64,000 bases of DNA. Source: a bacterium. GTDB lineage: Bacteria > JAAXHH01. Position numbers and translations under genes: made by a program. The notes under the pieces were generated by a model that made no database searches, had not been told where the DNA came from, and saw only the letters and a program-made list of their open reading frames with translations. The stretch is taken from contig CBDEKM010000008.1 of the NCBI GenBank assembly GCA_965240335.1, positions 46,403-110,402 of the forward strand. Direction: 5' to 3'. This document shows positions 10,149-20,922 of this stretch, in pieces; position 1 is the stretch's first letter; each line of letters opens with the position of its first letter.

Positions 10149-11555
10149 ATGGTTACGGACTGCATGGGCAGCATGGATATCATGGACAATACGGACCGGA
10201 CAGTTTTGGAACCGCCGGAGGCCCCTTCCGCGATACAGGCACGCTCCCTGTACGTGGAGACCTACGGATGCCAGATGAACAAGGCGGATTCCGAGTTGAT
10301 CGTGGGTCTGCTGGCCAGCGAGGGATACCGGATCACCGACCGGGTCGACCGGGCCGACGTAATCCTGGTGAACACCTGCGCCATCCGGGAAAACGCGGAG
10401 CAGCGCGTGCTCGGACGCATGTCCGAATTGAACCGGTACAAGACGGTTAATCCCGATCTGATCCTGGGACTCTGCGGATGCATGTCTCAGCATCTCGGCG
10501 ACCGGATCATCGAGAAGGCGCCTTATATAGACCTGGTCGCGGGTCCAGACAGCTACCGGCGTCTACCTGCCATGCTTCAGGCCCTGGACACCGGCAACGA
10601 ACCGGCGCTGAACCTGACCTGGGACCGGGCGGAGCATTACCTCGATATCGATCCCGTGCGGGAAGCGGGGGTGAACGGCTGGGTCACGATCATGCGCGGG
10701 TGCGACAAGATGTGCTCCTTCTGCATCGTGCCTTTCGTTCGCGGCCGGGAGCGTAGTACGCCCCACGACGAAGTGCTGCGCCAGATCGAGCACCTCGCGG
10801 CGGAAGGATACCGGGAAGTAACGTTGCTCGGCCAGACGGTGAACAAGTACCAGGACGGCGAAGTCGAATTCGCGAACTTGCTTTCCCGCGCGGCGGAAGT
10901 GGAAGGTATCGAGCGTATCCGCTTCACTTCACCGCACCCGGCGCATTTCCCGGACCGGTTGATCGAAGTCATGGCGGCCTCTCCGAAGATATGCCCCCAC
11001 ACGCACCTCCCGCTGCAATCGGGCGCGCCGACGACCCTATCCCGTATGCGACGCGATTACACTCCGGAGGTTTTCCTCGACGTCGTCCGTCGGCTCCGGG
11101 AGAATATACCCGGTATTGCCCTGACGACGGACATCATCGTGGGCTTCTGCGGCGAAACGGATGAAGAGTTCGAGGCGACCCGTGAGATGATGCGAACCGT
11201 ACAGTTCGACAGCGCCTTCATGTTCAAGTATTCTCCACGGCCCGGCACGGCTTCCCATAGACGGCTGGCCGACGACGTGCCCGAAGAAGTGAAGGCCGGT
11301 AGACTGACGGCCATCATCGACATGCAGAAATCGATCTCCGAAACCAGGAACCAGGCGTTCAGGGGACGTACCGTGAACGTGCTCGTCGAGGGCCAGTCCA
11401 AGCGCGACGCCCATAAGCTCTTCGGCAAGACGGGCACCTTCAAGACCGTGGTATTTCCCAGGCGGCCTGGCATTGAATCCAATATGATCGTTCCCGTACG
11501 CGTCAACGGTTCCACGCCCTTCACCCTGTTCGGAGATATCGTGCCGCCGGAGTAG
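10149..11555 (+). CDS. miaB: tRNA-i6A37 methylthiotransferase (start approximate)
   Basis: TYGCQMN, NTCAIRENAE, radical SAM CDKMCSFC, RGRERS, C-terminal TRAM domain. Confidence 0.95.
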   Translation: MVTDCMGSMDIMDNTDRTVLEPPEAPSAIQARSLYVETYGCQMNKADSELIVGLLASEGYRITDRVDRADVILVNTCAIRENAEQRVLGRMSELNRYKTVNPDLILGLCGCMSQHLGDRIIEKAPYIDLVAGPDSYRRLPAMLQALDTGNEPALNLTWDRAEHYLDIDPVREAGVNGWVTIMRGCDKMCSFCIVPFVRGRERSTPHDEVLRQIEHLAAEGYREVTLLGQTVNKYQDGEVEFANLLSRAAEVEGIERIRFTSPHPAHFPDRLIEVMAASPKICPHTHLPLQSGAPTTLSRMRRDYTPEVFLDVVRRLRENIPGIALTTDIIVGFCGETDEEFEATREMMRTVQFDSAFMFKYSPRPGTASHRRLADDVPEEVKAGRLTAIIDMQKSISETRNQAFRGRTVNVLVEGQSKRDAHKLFGKTGTFKTVVFPRRPGIESNMIVPVRVNGSTPFTLFGDIVPPE

Positions 11556-11622
11556 CAGTTACGCGCCGTCGCCGTGAGATCACCGGCAGGTTGCAGGTAA
11601 CCATGAAGGGATTATCTACAAT

Positions 11623-12420
11623 ATGAAATCATCAGCGCTTGACGGCGATATTTCTGGTAACGCATTGGAATCGCATTCCGATGTCGACGGGACCGGCTCC
11701 GGCCTGTCCCGCCGCGGTTTTCTTGGTCGAATAACAGGCGGCGCCCTGGCCGGTCTGGCCGGTACCGCGATTCTCAACAGTTGTGCGGATTCATCCCCAA
11801 AGGAGAGTATCATGTCTTTCACGCTGCCCGCCTTGCCCTATGCCCATGACGCGCTCGAGCCACACATCGACACGCGCACGATGGAAATCCATCACGGCAA
11901 GCATCACAACACCTACATAACAAACCTGAACAACGCCCTCGCGGACCACGGCGATCTGACGGGAAAGAGCCTGGACGAATTGCTGGCGGACAATTGCGCC
12001 ATCGTTCCTGACGCCATCAAGACGGCCGTGCGCAACAACGGCGGCGGCCATGCCAATCACACGCAGTTCTGGACGATCATGAGCGGTAGCGGCGGCGGGA
12101 ATCCCACGGGCAACCTGGCCGCGGCGATCGACGGCGCGTTCGGCGGTCTGGACGCGATGAAAGAACAGTTCGCGGCCGCGGGAGCGACACGCTTCGGTTC
12201 CGGCTGGGCCTGGCTCGCCAAAGACGGCGCGGGTAACCTCGAGGTCTATTCCACGGCCAATCAGGACAGCCCGACCATGGAAGGGAAAACGGCGATACTC
12301 GGCCTGGACGTATGGGAACACGCCTACTACCTGAATTATCAGAATCTGCGCCCTGCTTACATTGGAGCGTGGTGGAACGTCGTGGACTGGGCGGAGGCGG
12401 AAAGACGCTTCAACGGCTGA
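11623..12420 (+). CDS. sodA: Mn-type superoxide dismutase with N-terminal Tat/lipoprotein leader; alternative internal start at 11812
   Basis: [36 protein letters not shown]; leader SRRGFL...LNSC; AAGGAG at 11800-11805 before ATG 11812. Confidence 0.9.
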   Translation: MKSSALDGDISGNALESHSDVDGTGSGLSRRGFLGRITGGALAGLAGTAILNSCADSSPKESIMSFTLPALPYAHDALEPHIDTRTMEIHHGKHHNTYITNLNNALADHGDLTGKSLDELLADNCAIVPDAIKTAVRNNGGGHANHTQFWTIMSGSGGGNPTGNLAAAIDGAFGGLDAMKEQFAAAGATRFGSGWAWLAKDGAGNLEVYSTANQDSPTMEGKTAILGLDVWEHAYYLNYQNLRPAYIGAWWNVVDWAEAERRFNG

Positions 12421-12503
12421 GGGTAATAACCGCCTGGAAATACTGCGGTGATTACTAAAGTGGTTGTTTAGCCGGAGCGGTTTAAAGTAAACCTGGAGGC
12501 AAG

Positions 12504-13631
12504 ATGGCGCGAACGGGAAGAGCGGCGATCCTGAACGAGGAAAAGGGTACCTTCACCGTCGGCGAGGCGGTGGTCCCGGACCCGGGTCCGGGCGAGGTGC
12601 TCGTCAGGCAGTCCATGTGCGGTGTATGCGGCACGGACGTACATATTTACAACGGCCACATGCGGCGTAAAGCCTTCCCGTTGGTACTGGGCCATGAGAT
12701 CGTCGGCGTTATCGAGAAGATGGGATCCGGCGTCGACACGGACGCGATGAACAAGCCCGTGAAAGAGGGCGATCTCATTGCCATCATTCCGGGACAGCAG
12801 TGCGGTACCTGCTATTTCTGCGCGGTGGTCCGGGAGCCGGGGCTTTGTCCCAACGTGCTGGCCTACGGATTCCGGCCCTACGCCGACGTCAAACCCCATT
12901 TCCAGGGTGGGTACGCGGACTACGTACTGCTGAACATACCCCACAGCAAGTTCCTCAAGGTACAAAGCCCGCCTGAAATCGCGGTGCTGCTCGAACCCTT
13001 TACCGTCGGTCTCCATTTCGCCGAAAAGGCCCAGATGAAACTCGGGTCCACGGCCGTGATCCAGGGCGCCGGCGCCATCGGACTGTTCAGCCTGGCGGCG
13101 GCCCGCGAGGCCGGCGCGCACCGCACCATCGTCGTAGGCGCACCCGCGTCCCGGCTGGAGCTGGCGAAGGCTTTCGGTGCCGATGTGACCATCAATATCG
13201 AAGAAGTGCCGGATGCGCAGGAACGTATCGAACTGGTCAAGGCGGAAACGCCGGGTGGTTACGGCGCCGACGTGGTATTCGAATGCACGGGCGTTCCACC
13301 GGCCATCCCGGAGGGCGTGGAAATGCTGCGCCGGGGCGGCACCTACGTGGAAGGCGGACACTTCACCGACGCGGGCGACGTCCGCATGAACCCCTTCAAC
13401 CACTTCGTGTTCCGCCACATCACCCTTGTCGGCGTCTGGGCCAGCACTATCTCGCACTTCGTCCGCGGTCTTCCCATACTCGAATCGGGTCGCTATCCCT
13501 TCGAAGAAATGGTTTCTCACACCCTGCCGCTGAGCCGGGTCGGCGAAGCCATAGACGCCCTTTCGACCGATTACCGGCTCGACGGAGAAGAGGTACGGAA
13601 GATCGCTATTTCGGGTGAAGTGGCCGGGTAA
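12504..13631 (+). CDS. Zinc-dependent medium-chain alcohol dehydrogenase
   Basis: CGTDVH, GHE, CGTCYFC...C structural Zn site, GAGAIG. Confidence 0.92.
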   Translation: MARTGRAAILNEEKGTFTVGEAVVPDPGPGEVLVRQSMCGVCGTDVHIYNGHMRRKAFPLVLGHEIVGVIEKMGSGVDTDAMNKPVKEGDLIAIIPGQQCGTCYFCAVVREPGLCPNVLAYGFRPYADVKPHFQGGYADYVLLNIPHSKFLKVQSPPEIAVLLEPFTVGLHFAEKAQMKLGSTAVIQGAGAIGLFSLAAAREAGAHRTIVVGAPASRLELAKAFGADVTINIEEVPDAQERIELVKAETPGGYGADVVFECTGVPPAIPEGVEMLRRGGTYVEGGHFTDAGDVRMNPFNHFVFRHITLVGVWASTISHFVRGLPILESGRYPFEEMVSHTLPLSRVGEAIDALSTDYRLDGEEVRKIAISGEVAG

Positions 13632-14400
13632 GGGAGTTCCTTTGGCATTCAAACTGGGATACAGCGGACTACGGTGGGCCACCCCTGACCTGGACCGCAT
13701 ACTGGGACAATTGAAGGAGACCGGATGGGACGGCTGGGAGATCCGCCAGTCGCTGGACTGGCTGGGTTCGGCCAGGCGGGTTAAGACCATATCTGACCGG
13801 GCCGGCGTCCCGGTCGCCGTGGTTTGCGGTACCGGCATCACGCTCGACGGAGACCAAGAGATGCTGGAGCGCAACAGGCGCCGCATCGATTTCGCCGCAG
13901 ACGTGGAGGCGGACACCTATATGTTCATGGGCGCCCATCGTCCCTACGGCCGTTCCTCGACACGTGACGACATCCGGGCCCTGGCGGACCTGTCGGACGA
14001 ACTCGCCGATTACGCGTCCCAATACGACCTGGACGTCTGCTACCACATCCATACCAGCACCACAGTCGATTCCCGCGAGGAATGGGAACTCCTCATGAGC
14101 CTGATGAAACGGGCGCAGCTCTGCATCGACGTTTCCCATTCGGCTTTCTGGCACTACGATCCCGCCGAGTCCATCCGGGATTTCAAGGAACGGCTGGTGT
14201 ACGTACACCTGCAGGACTACAAGGATTACCGTTTCGTCGAACTCGGTGAAGGTGGTTTGCTCGATTTCGGCGCTTCCATGAAGGCGCTGGAGGAGATCGG
14301 CTACGATCGGTGGGTGACCGTGTGTCCCAGCCAGTCGGATTTTCCCGACGAGGAAAAGATGCGGCGGGACCGCGCCTATCTACGAAAACTGGGGTATTGA
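13615..14400 (+). CDS. Sugar phosphate isomerase/epimerase (xylose isomerase-like TIM barrel)
   Basis: YHIH, DVSH, YVHLQD, ELGEG.LDF, IGYDRW. Confidence 0.8.
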   Translation: MKWPGKGVPLAFKLGYSGLRWATPDLDRILGQLKETGWDGWEIRQSLDWLGSARRVKTISDRAGVPVAVVCGTGITLDGDQEMLERNRRRIDFAADVEADTYMFMGAHRPYGRSSTRDDIRALADLSDELADYASQYDLDVCYHIHTSTTVDSREEWELLMSLMKRAQLCIDVSHSAFWHYDPAESIRDFKERLVYVHLQDYKDYRFVELGEGGLLDFGASMKALEEIGYDRWVTVCPSQSDFPDEEKMRRDRAYLRKLGY

Positions 14401-14407
14401 ACTTCCG

Positions 14408-15754
14408 CTACTTGCCCCGGGATCTTTCCAATACGGCCAGTGCGATATCCGTGACCCGCTCCGGGTCGCTTGCGATGACCCGAATCATGGGTTCCTTCCC
14501 CTCGTCGCCCAGGTCGTAGACTACATCCGGCACGTATCCCTGTTCATCGATGACTCTGGCCGTTCCCCATTCGAGGGACGAGCCTTCACGCGTCTTCGAC
14601 TCGAGGGGTTCCTCGTGCCGGTCGAAAGATGCGACCGAGAGACCCAGGCTTCGGCAGGCGCCCAGGATAGATTCGTCGAATCGGATGTTCATCACGGATC
14701 GTTTGGCCGGATCCTGCCGCATGGCGGTGAGTATGATCCGGGCAACGTGCGATGACGCCCCGAATTCAGGTGGCGCCACGGAGCGGATCTCCCGGCGCAC
14801 GCGGATGAGCCGGCCGGGGAAGGCCGCCACGTCGTCGGCTGACCGCGCGTCGGCCAGCCCCATGCCCAGGTTGCATTGTACTTCCGGGACAAGCTCCCCC
14901 GCATGGGCGCGCTCGAGGCGCTGCGCCGCGGCCGACAACTGGTCGAGGACCGCGATGCGGTCGGCGTCGCGGTAGAGGTTGTGGAAGTGATGGACCGGTC
15001 CGTGTCCCCCACCCATGGGGACGGCGTGAAGCAGGGCACCGGTGAGGTAGGTCTTGGCATCGCTTACGGCATCGGCGACGCTGGCGCCTTTCGCCAGTCC
15101 GGCGGTGATCGCCGAGGCGAAGGTGCAACCGGTGCCGTGGGTACTCTTCGTGTCGACGCGTTCGGCCTCGAGATTCGTAAATTGCGTACCGTCGTAAAGT
15201 ACGTCCACGGCCGGCCCTTCCAGATGTCCGCCTTTGACGACCACGTTGCGCGGACCCATTTCATGGAGCCTTTGCGCGATGGCCCGCATTCCTTCCACGT
15301 CCGAAGCTTCGATACCCGTCAGCGTCTTCGCCTCGTCCAGGTTAGGCGTAATGACGGCCGCCAAGGGAAATAGCCGTTCGATCAGCGTGGAAACGGCCGC
15401 CGTTTCCAGCAGCGTGTCGCCGCTCTTGGCGATCATCACCGGGTCAACGACGAGCGGGATATCCGGATAGCCCCGCAGCGCATCCGCCACGGCCGCGATG
15501 ATCTCCGCGTTGGCGAGCATGCCTGTCTTGATCGCCTGGGCGCCAATATCCGACAGGACGGATTCGATCTGAGCCGCAACGGCTTCGGGCGGCATATTAT
15601 GGACGCCCTGCACGCCGACGGTATTCTGGGCTGTGACCGATGTAACGGCAGACATACCGTACACGCCATTGGCCGAGAAGGTCTTCAGGTCCGCCTGGAT
15701 ACCGGCTCCGCCTCCGGAGTCCGATCCTGCGATGGTGAGCGCTACCGGGATCAT
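14408..15754 (-). CDS. thiD: Hydroxymethylpyrimidine/phosphomethylpyrimidine kinase fused to ThiN thiamine-phosphate synthase domain (ThiDN)
   Basis: [24 protein letters not shown]; C-terminal [20 protein letters not shown]. Confidence 0.9.
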   Translation of the reverse strand: MIPVALTIAGSDSGGGAGIQADLKTFSANGVYGMSAVTSVTAQNTVGVQGVHNMPPEAVAAQIESVLSDIGAQAIKTGMLANAEIIAAVADALRGYPDIPLVVDPVMIAKSGDTLLETAAVSTLIERLFPLAAVITPNLDEAKTLTGIEASDVEGMRAIAQRLHEMGPRNVVVKGGHLEGPAVDVLYDGTQFTNLEAERVDTKSTHGTGCTFASAITAGLAKGASVADAVSDAKTYLTGALLHAVPMGGGHGPVHHFHNLYRDADRIAVLDQLSAAAQRLERAHAGELVPEVQCNLGMGLADARSADDVAAFPGRLIRVRREIRSVAPPEFGASSHVARIILTAMRQDPAKRSVMNIRFDESILGACRSLGLSVASFDRHEEPLESKTREGSSLEWGTARVIDEQGYVPDVVYDLGDEGKEPMIRVIASDPERVTDIALAVLERSRGK

Positions 15755-15779
15755 GTGAGATGTTTCGCTTGGAAGATCG

Positions 15780-17291
15780 TCAGGTGGTCTTTGTCTGGTT
15801 CTCGTAGAACTTCTTGATCAGGCGGTCCAGGTATTCGGCTGGGTTCCGTATGGCCTCTTCCGTGATTTTCAGTTCCTTCGCCTGGATCAGCTTCAACCCG
15901 TGAACGTAATCCTTGAACAGCTCCAGCCCCATATCTTCGATGGTTCTGCCCTGCTGCTCCGCCACTTCTTCCAACGCCGCGGCCGCGGACGGGTCCAGCG
16001 TGAGTGTTATGTCGTGTTCCTCGAAATACACCTGTTTTTCTTCTGCGCGTTCGGGGGGCGCTTCGGCAAGAATCCGCTCGAGTTCCGTTTCCGGGTGCTC
16101 CACCAACGCTGCCGTCACGTTAAACTGTGTCACGGTGCTGGAAGGCAGTTTCTTCTCGAACTTGATCAGAATCCGTTCCATCGCGCCGATGAGACCCCGC
16201 GCGCCCGTACCCGACTGGTGGGCTCTTTCCGCGATCAGTTGCAGCGATTCCTCGTCGAAATCGACGTCGATGCCATAGGCCTTGAAATCCAGTTTCTTGG
16301 AGATGATGACCGGACCGTTCGGGTTCTGAAGTATCTGGAACAGGTCGTCGATCCCGAGCCTGTGGAGTACGGCGGTTACCGGGAGACGGCCAATGAATTC
16401 CGATTCGAATCCATACTCGATCAGGTCCTCCGCCGTAACATTGGGCAACCATTCACCGTCCTCCGGTTTTTCCGACTCATCGCCCGGTTCGAATCCCATG
16501 GACTGTACGCTCATGCGTTTTTTGATGATCTCTTCCAGGTTGGCGAAAGCGCCGCTGACGATGAACAGGATGTTGCGCGTATTGATCCGCTTTTTTTCCA
16601 CCTTGCCCGTTTTCTGGAACTGGAGGGCGTTCTCCATCTGGGATGCCAGATCGTGTGGCGCCTGCAGGTCCACATCCGTTTCCTCCATCAACTTGAGAAG
16701 CGTGCGCTGGACCCCGGTCCGCGACACGTCGGGCCCGACGGTGTTTCCCGACGAAGCGATCTTGTCGATCTCATCGATATAGATGATGCCGTGTTCCGCA
16801 AGCTTGATATTGCCATCTGCTTCGTGAACCAGTGAGCGGACCAGTTCGTCTACATCCCCTCCAACATAGCCCGTTTCACTGAAACGTGTGGCGTCGCCCT
16901 TGACGAAGGGTACGCCGATCCGGTTGGCGATGAGCTTGATGAGGTAGGTCTTTCCCACGCCGGTCGGTCCGATGAGGATGATGTTGTTCTTGATATTGCC
17001 GACCGGTTCCTGCTCTTCCTGGAGCCTGATTCGGTTGAAATGGGTGCAGATCTTGGTGGCCAGGATCTCCTTCGCCTCGTGCTGGCGGATGACATACTCG
17101 TCCAGATAGGCTTCCAGTCCCTCCGGTTTCATATCGAACCGGATCTCAGGCAGCGGAGCCTCCTCGGCGGGTGGATCGGAGGGGACGCCCTCCTTTTCCG
17201 GCTGGGCGAACTGCACCTGCGCACCGTACTTGTTCGAAAAGAACTCCTTCAAATCCTTCTGCATTTCACCCATGTCAGGGGGTTTGGACAT
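15780..17291 (-). CDS. ClpX-like AAA+ unfoldase lacking the N-terminal zinc-binding domain
   Basis: GPTGVGKT, DATRFSETGYVG, IDEIDKI, DVSRTGVQ, MGF loop, TGARGL. Confidence 0.85.
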   Translation of the reverse strand: MSKPPDMGEMQKDLKEFFSNKYGAQVQFAQPEKEGVPSDPPAEEAPLPEIRFDMKPEGLEAYLDEYVIRQHEAKEILATKICTHFNRIRLQEEQEPVGNIKNNIILIGPTGVGKTYLIKLIANRIGVPFVKGDATRFSETGYVGGDVDELVRSLVHEADGNIKLAEHGIIYIDEIDKIASSGNTVGPDVSRTGVQRTLLKLMEETDVDLQAPHDLASQMENALQFQKTGKVEKKRINTRNILFIVSGAFANLEEIIKKRMSVQSMGFEPGDESEKPEDGEWLPNVTAEDLIEYGFESEFIGRLPVTAVLHRLGIDDLFQILQNPNGPVIISKKLDFKAYGIDVDFDEESLQLIAERAHQSGTGARGLIGAMERILIKFEKKLPSSTVTQFNVTAALVEHPETELERILAEAPPERAEEKQVYFEEHDITLTLDPSAAAALEEVAEQQGRTIEDMGLELFKDYVHGLKLIQAKELKITEEAIRNPAEYLDRLIKKFYENQTKTT

Positions 17292-17493
17292 AACGGGGTA
17301 ATCCTTGGAATTCGTATTTTCTACCCGGACCGCCAGGCGGTTTGCCGGGGGAAATACTGATGAAACGTATCGCATCCGCCCTTTGCAGATGGCGTTACAG
17401 CCCGATAATATAGCCCATTCCCAGTCTCCGGGCAATCGTATTTGACAGGAAACCGCATTGTGAATTGATTAGGGAGTACCATGCTCCAATGAG

Positions 17494-18036
17494 ATGTATG
17501 ACTTGATCCTGTGTTTCAACTGTCCCTGTGTCAGGGAAGACAGTATCCCGCCGGGTGATCAAACAGGATTCGATGTAAAGGCAGGTCGGGTCACCCGTAA
17601 TGAACGCTACAGCATACCGGTATCTTCTTCAATCGAAACCTTTTTCAAGTTCGCCGTCACCGGTCTGTCCGGGGTATTCGTCAACCTGGGTTCTTTTCAG
17701 TTATTCATCGGGCTGGGGGTACATCGTCTGCTGGCTTCGCCCGTGGCAATCGAACTGTCCATCCTGTCGAACTTCCTGATCAACAATTACTGGACCTTTC
17801 GCGATCGTACCATGGTGGGTGGAAAGCGGATACGCGGTATGAAATACCACCTCGTTTCGCTCGGCACGCTGGGCCTGAGTTATGGTACGTTTCTCGTTCT
17901 GAACTGGATATGGCCACTAGTCCCCCCCGTTTACCTGCAGGGCTGCGCCATCGTTCCGGCGGTCCTGTTCAATTACGTCATCAATTCCGCATGGACTTTT
18001 AAGGCCAATTCAAAAGAGGATACGCCTGTTATCTGA
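17494..18036 (+). CDS. GtrA family membrane protein (putative lipid-sugar flippase); start may be downstream
   Basis: FFKFAVTG..GVFVN, SILSNFLINNYWTF, NYVINSAWTF. Confidence 0.8.
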   Translation: MYDLILCFNCPCVREDSIPPGDQTGFDVKAGRVTRNERYSIPVSSSIETFFKFAVTGLSGVFVNLGSFQLFIGLGVHRLLASPVAIELSILSNFLINNYWTFRDRTMVGGKRIRGMKYHLVSLGTLGLSYGTFLVLNWIWPLVPPVYLQGCAIVPAVLFNYVINSAWTFKANSKEDTPVI

Positions 18037-18516
18037 AGACGGGTTATGTGATCGTGGAGGAAGACTTGAAGAAAGCTGCTGGAAGACATCGTCGAGATAG
18101 TGGCAATACGCGCAACGAAACCGCACGGGCGAAGACCGGACGAACCGCGGACCCTTCTATGACGCAGGATCGGGAAGCTTGATTAACACTGGTCTGGAAA
18201 ATACCATTTCTTCTGTAAGCCACATTATCGCCGATATCCCCAACTTGACTATTCCTGGGTTTTCGTTAGAAAGAAGTTTTGGCAATGTGCAACTGTTGAG
18301 GAGGGACGAAAACGATACCCCGTCCGGAACTGGAAGGAGTTCACACCGGCCATTGTTTATGAAATGAGCCAAATCGTAGAAAAGATTGACCCCGATGCAC
18401 CTGGTCCTCCGCCAGACGATGGGATCAGGTTTTCTGGTGAGCCGATGGAATAGAAATACCGGCATGAAAGCTGGTTGTTTCCTGTATGCGTCTTCGAGCC
18501 TGGCCTGGAAACCTCT

Positions 18517-20784
18517 ATGTCAAAAAGCAGGAACCGTCAAAACGCGCCTGGTGTTGGCGGCACCTCTTCAAGAACCGGAATACGAGTGGTCGCAGGTCTG
18601 TTTCGTGGCAAGGACGCGATCTACCTGCTGGCGCTTTGCCTTGCGGTGATCGTCCCCTACATTCCCGCGATGCAGGCCGGTTTCGTATGGGACGACCGGA
18701 TATTCCTGGAGGCCGAGGCGATACGCGACGTTTCCGGAATCTGGCAGATCTGGTTCTCTCCGAGTGTGATCGAGAATGAAAGTCACTACTGGCCCCTCGT
18801 ATATACCACGTTCTGGCTCGAGCACAAGCTGTGGGGTTTCGAACCCCTGGGATTCCACCTGGTCAACATCGCCCTGCACCTGGTTAACACGCTGCTGGTC
18901 TGGCGGCTTGTAATCAGGTTGGCCGTTCCGGGGGCATGGCTGATCGCCGCCGTTTTCGCGGTGCACCCGCTTCATGTCGAGTCGGTCGCCTGGGTGATGG
19001 AACGCAAGGACCTGCTTTCCACCCTTTTCTACCTGACCGCCTTCTGGACCTATATCCGTTTCACCAAAATTCATCGGAAGGGTAACTACGTCCTCTCCCT
19101 GGTGCTTTTCGGCGCCGGCATGCTCTGCAAATCGATCGTGGTCACCCTGCCCGCGGTGTTGTTGCTGTGGCACTGGTGGACGAGCGGCCGGGTAACCCGT
19201 AAAGACGTGCTGCACGTGCTGCCGTTCTTCCTGCTCGCGCTGAGCGTCGCCATGGCGGACGTGGCGTTCTCCAGGATCAGGGAACCCATTTCCTTCGATT
19301 ATACCCTCGTGGAACGGGCGCTTATCGCCTCTCACGCCCTGTGGTTCTACGTGGGCAAACTGTTCTGGCCATTCGACCTCGCGGTTATCTATCCCCATTG
19401 GAAAGTCGACCAGGCGGATTTCGTTTCCTGGCTGTACCTGATCGGCGCCGTGGCGGTACCGGTCTTTCTGTGGATGTATCGAGGTCGAACCGGCAGGGGA
19501 CCGCTGGCCTGTGTCGTGTTCTTTGCGGTGACGCTTTCTCCCGTACTCGGGTTCATTGATTACGGTTACATGCAGTACTCCTTCGTCGCCGAACGTTACC
19601 AGTACCTGGCCGGTCTCGGTATCATCATCCTTGTTGTCGTTGCGGGAACAATTCTCGTGAACAATCTGCCGGGTGCGGGGCGGTCGGTCAGTCAGGTCTT
19701 GGTCGTGTTCCTACTGGTGCTCATGGGTACGTTGAGCTGGCGCCATGCCAATATCTACCGGGACGTCATCACTTTCAACAGCCATATCCTGGAACTGAAT
19801 CCGGCGGCGCGGTTCGCCCACGTGAACCTCGCCAAGGGTCTGTTCGATCTCGGCCGCCTGGACGAGGCGCTTGACGCCGCGCAGACAGCAGTCGAGAAAG
19901 GCGCTGTGCCTGCCGAGGCGCATACCGCGTTAGGCGCGGCCCTGGCGGAACTGGATCGATTCGAGGAGGCCGAGGGACATCTGCTACGGGCCGTGAAACT
20001 CAAACCGGGTTTCAAAACGCCCTTGCATAACCTGATTGAAATGTACAGGCGACAGGGCCGCTTCGAGGACGGACTCGAGACTGCGCTGGTCGTCATCGAA
20101 CAGGACCCGGGATCCTTCGAGGGGCAGTCTAGCGCTGGCCTGATGCTCCTGCAGTTGCGCCGGTTGGAGGAGGCGGAGGTCTATCTGCGTCGTGCCGTGG
20201 AACTAGACCGCTTACATGCTACAAATCTACAGAACCTCGCGGAAGCCCTCAGAAGGCAGCAGCGATACGAGGAAGCAATCCAATGGTATAGAAGGGTTAT
20301 CGATGCCGATCCCGGACTCGCCCAGGCCTATGCCGCGATGGCGGATACGTATATCACACTGCAGCGATTCGACGAGGCCGTGTCGGTCCTGCAAAGCGGA
20401 CTGGCACGAACCACGGATTCCACCTGGAAGGCTTCGCTGCACAATCTCATGGGCATGGCCGAAGAAGGCCGGAAACAGTTCGAGGCCGCGGCGGAACAGT
20501 ACCTGCTCGCCTATCGATCGAATCCTGAATTCGAAGAAGCCGTCACGCGCCTGGCCGCGCTGCATTTTGGACAGGACCGTTACGAGGAAGCGTTGCGATA
20601 TTTCAGGGAAGCGACCAGGATCAATCCAGACAATGCCCAGACCTGGACAAATATAGGCGCCGTGCTGCACCGCATGGGTCGGGATGAAGAGGCGGTAGCC
20701 AGTTTCGAACATGCGCTCGTCGTGAATCCACTTCACGAACAGGCGCGGAACTTTCTGCAGCAGGTGCGGCAAGGAATGCGGTAG
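18517..20784 (+). CDS. TMTC-like GT-C glycosyltransferase with C-terminal TPR array
   Basis: GFVWDD loop, YWPL, FHLVNIALH, FAVHPLHVESVAW, AERYQY, multiple TPRs. Confidence 0.88.
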   Translation: MSKSRNRQNAPGVGGTSSRTGIRVVAGLFRGKDAIYLLALCLAVIVPYIPAMQAGFVWDDRIFLEAEAIRDVSGIWQIWFSPSVIENESHYWPLVYTTFWLEHKLWGFEPLGFHLVNIALHLVNTLLVWRLVIRLAVPGAWLIAAVFAVHPLHVESVAWVMERKDLLSTLFYLTAFWTYIRFTKIHRKGNYVLSLVLFGAGMLCKSIVVTLPAVLLLWHWWTSGRVTRKDVLHVLPFFLLALSVAMADVAFSRIREPISFDYTLVERALIASHALWFYVGKLFWPFDLAVIYPHWKVDQADFVSWLYLIGAVAVPVFLWMYRGRTGRGPLACVVFFAVTLSPVLGFIDYGYMQYSFVAERYQYLAGLGIIILVVVAGTILVNNLPGAGRSVSQVLVVFLLVLMGTLSWRHANIYRDVITFNSHILELNPAARFAHVNLAKGLFDLGRLDEALDAAQTAVEKGAVPAEAHTALGAALAELDRFEEAEGHLLRAVKLKPGFKTPLHNLIEMYRRQGRFEDGLETALVVIEQDPGSFEGQSSAGLMLLQLRRLEEAEVYLRRAVELDRLHATNLQNLAEALRRQQRYEEAIQWYRRVIDADPGLAQAYAAMADTYITLQRFDEAVSVLQSGLARTTDSTWKASLHNLMGMAEEGRKQFEAAAEQYLLAYRSNPEFEEAVTRLAALHFGQDRYEEALRYFREATRINPDNAQTWTNIGAVLHRMGRDEEAVASFEHALVVNPLHEQARNFLQQVRQGMR

Positions 20785-20848
20785 GACGGCACGGATCGTG
20801 TGTGGCAGATGCGGTAGGGCAGCACGGATCGTGTGCGGCAGATGCGGT
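20776..20848. repeat. 33-bp tandem repeat (2 full copies + partial) with internal CACG-GAT-CGTG palindrome
   Basis: ATGCGGTAGG.. units start at 20776, 20809 and 20842. Confidence 0.85.
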
Positions 20849-20922
20849 GAGCAATTTGGAAAGGTTGGTTCGGGTGCAGGTGCGCCGGGCGTTAAGATCG
20901 CCGCCCACTACTAATGGGGTTC

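Noticed and set aside
12468-13916. 482-aa antisense ORF (likewise 146..1012, 6243..7283, 15900..16835, 54554..55879)
   Set aside because: Shadow ORFs opposite well-supported genes in GC-rich DNA, with no recognisable motifs.
18157-18465. 102-aa minus-strand ORF between gtrA and the TMTC-like gene
   Set aside because: No RBS or motif support and atypical composition; probably non-coding or a decayed remnant.
20776-20848. CRISPR array
   Set aside because: Units are directly tandem with no unique spacers, and there are no cas genes nearby.
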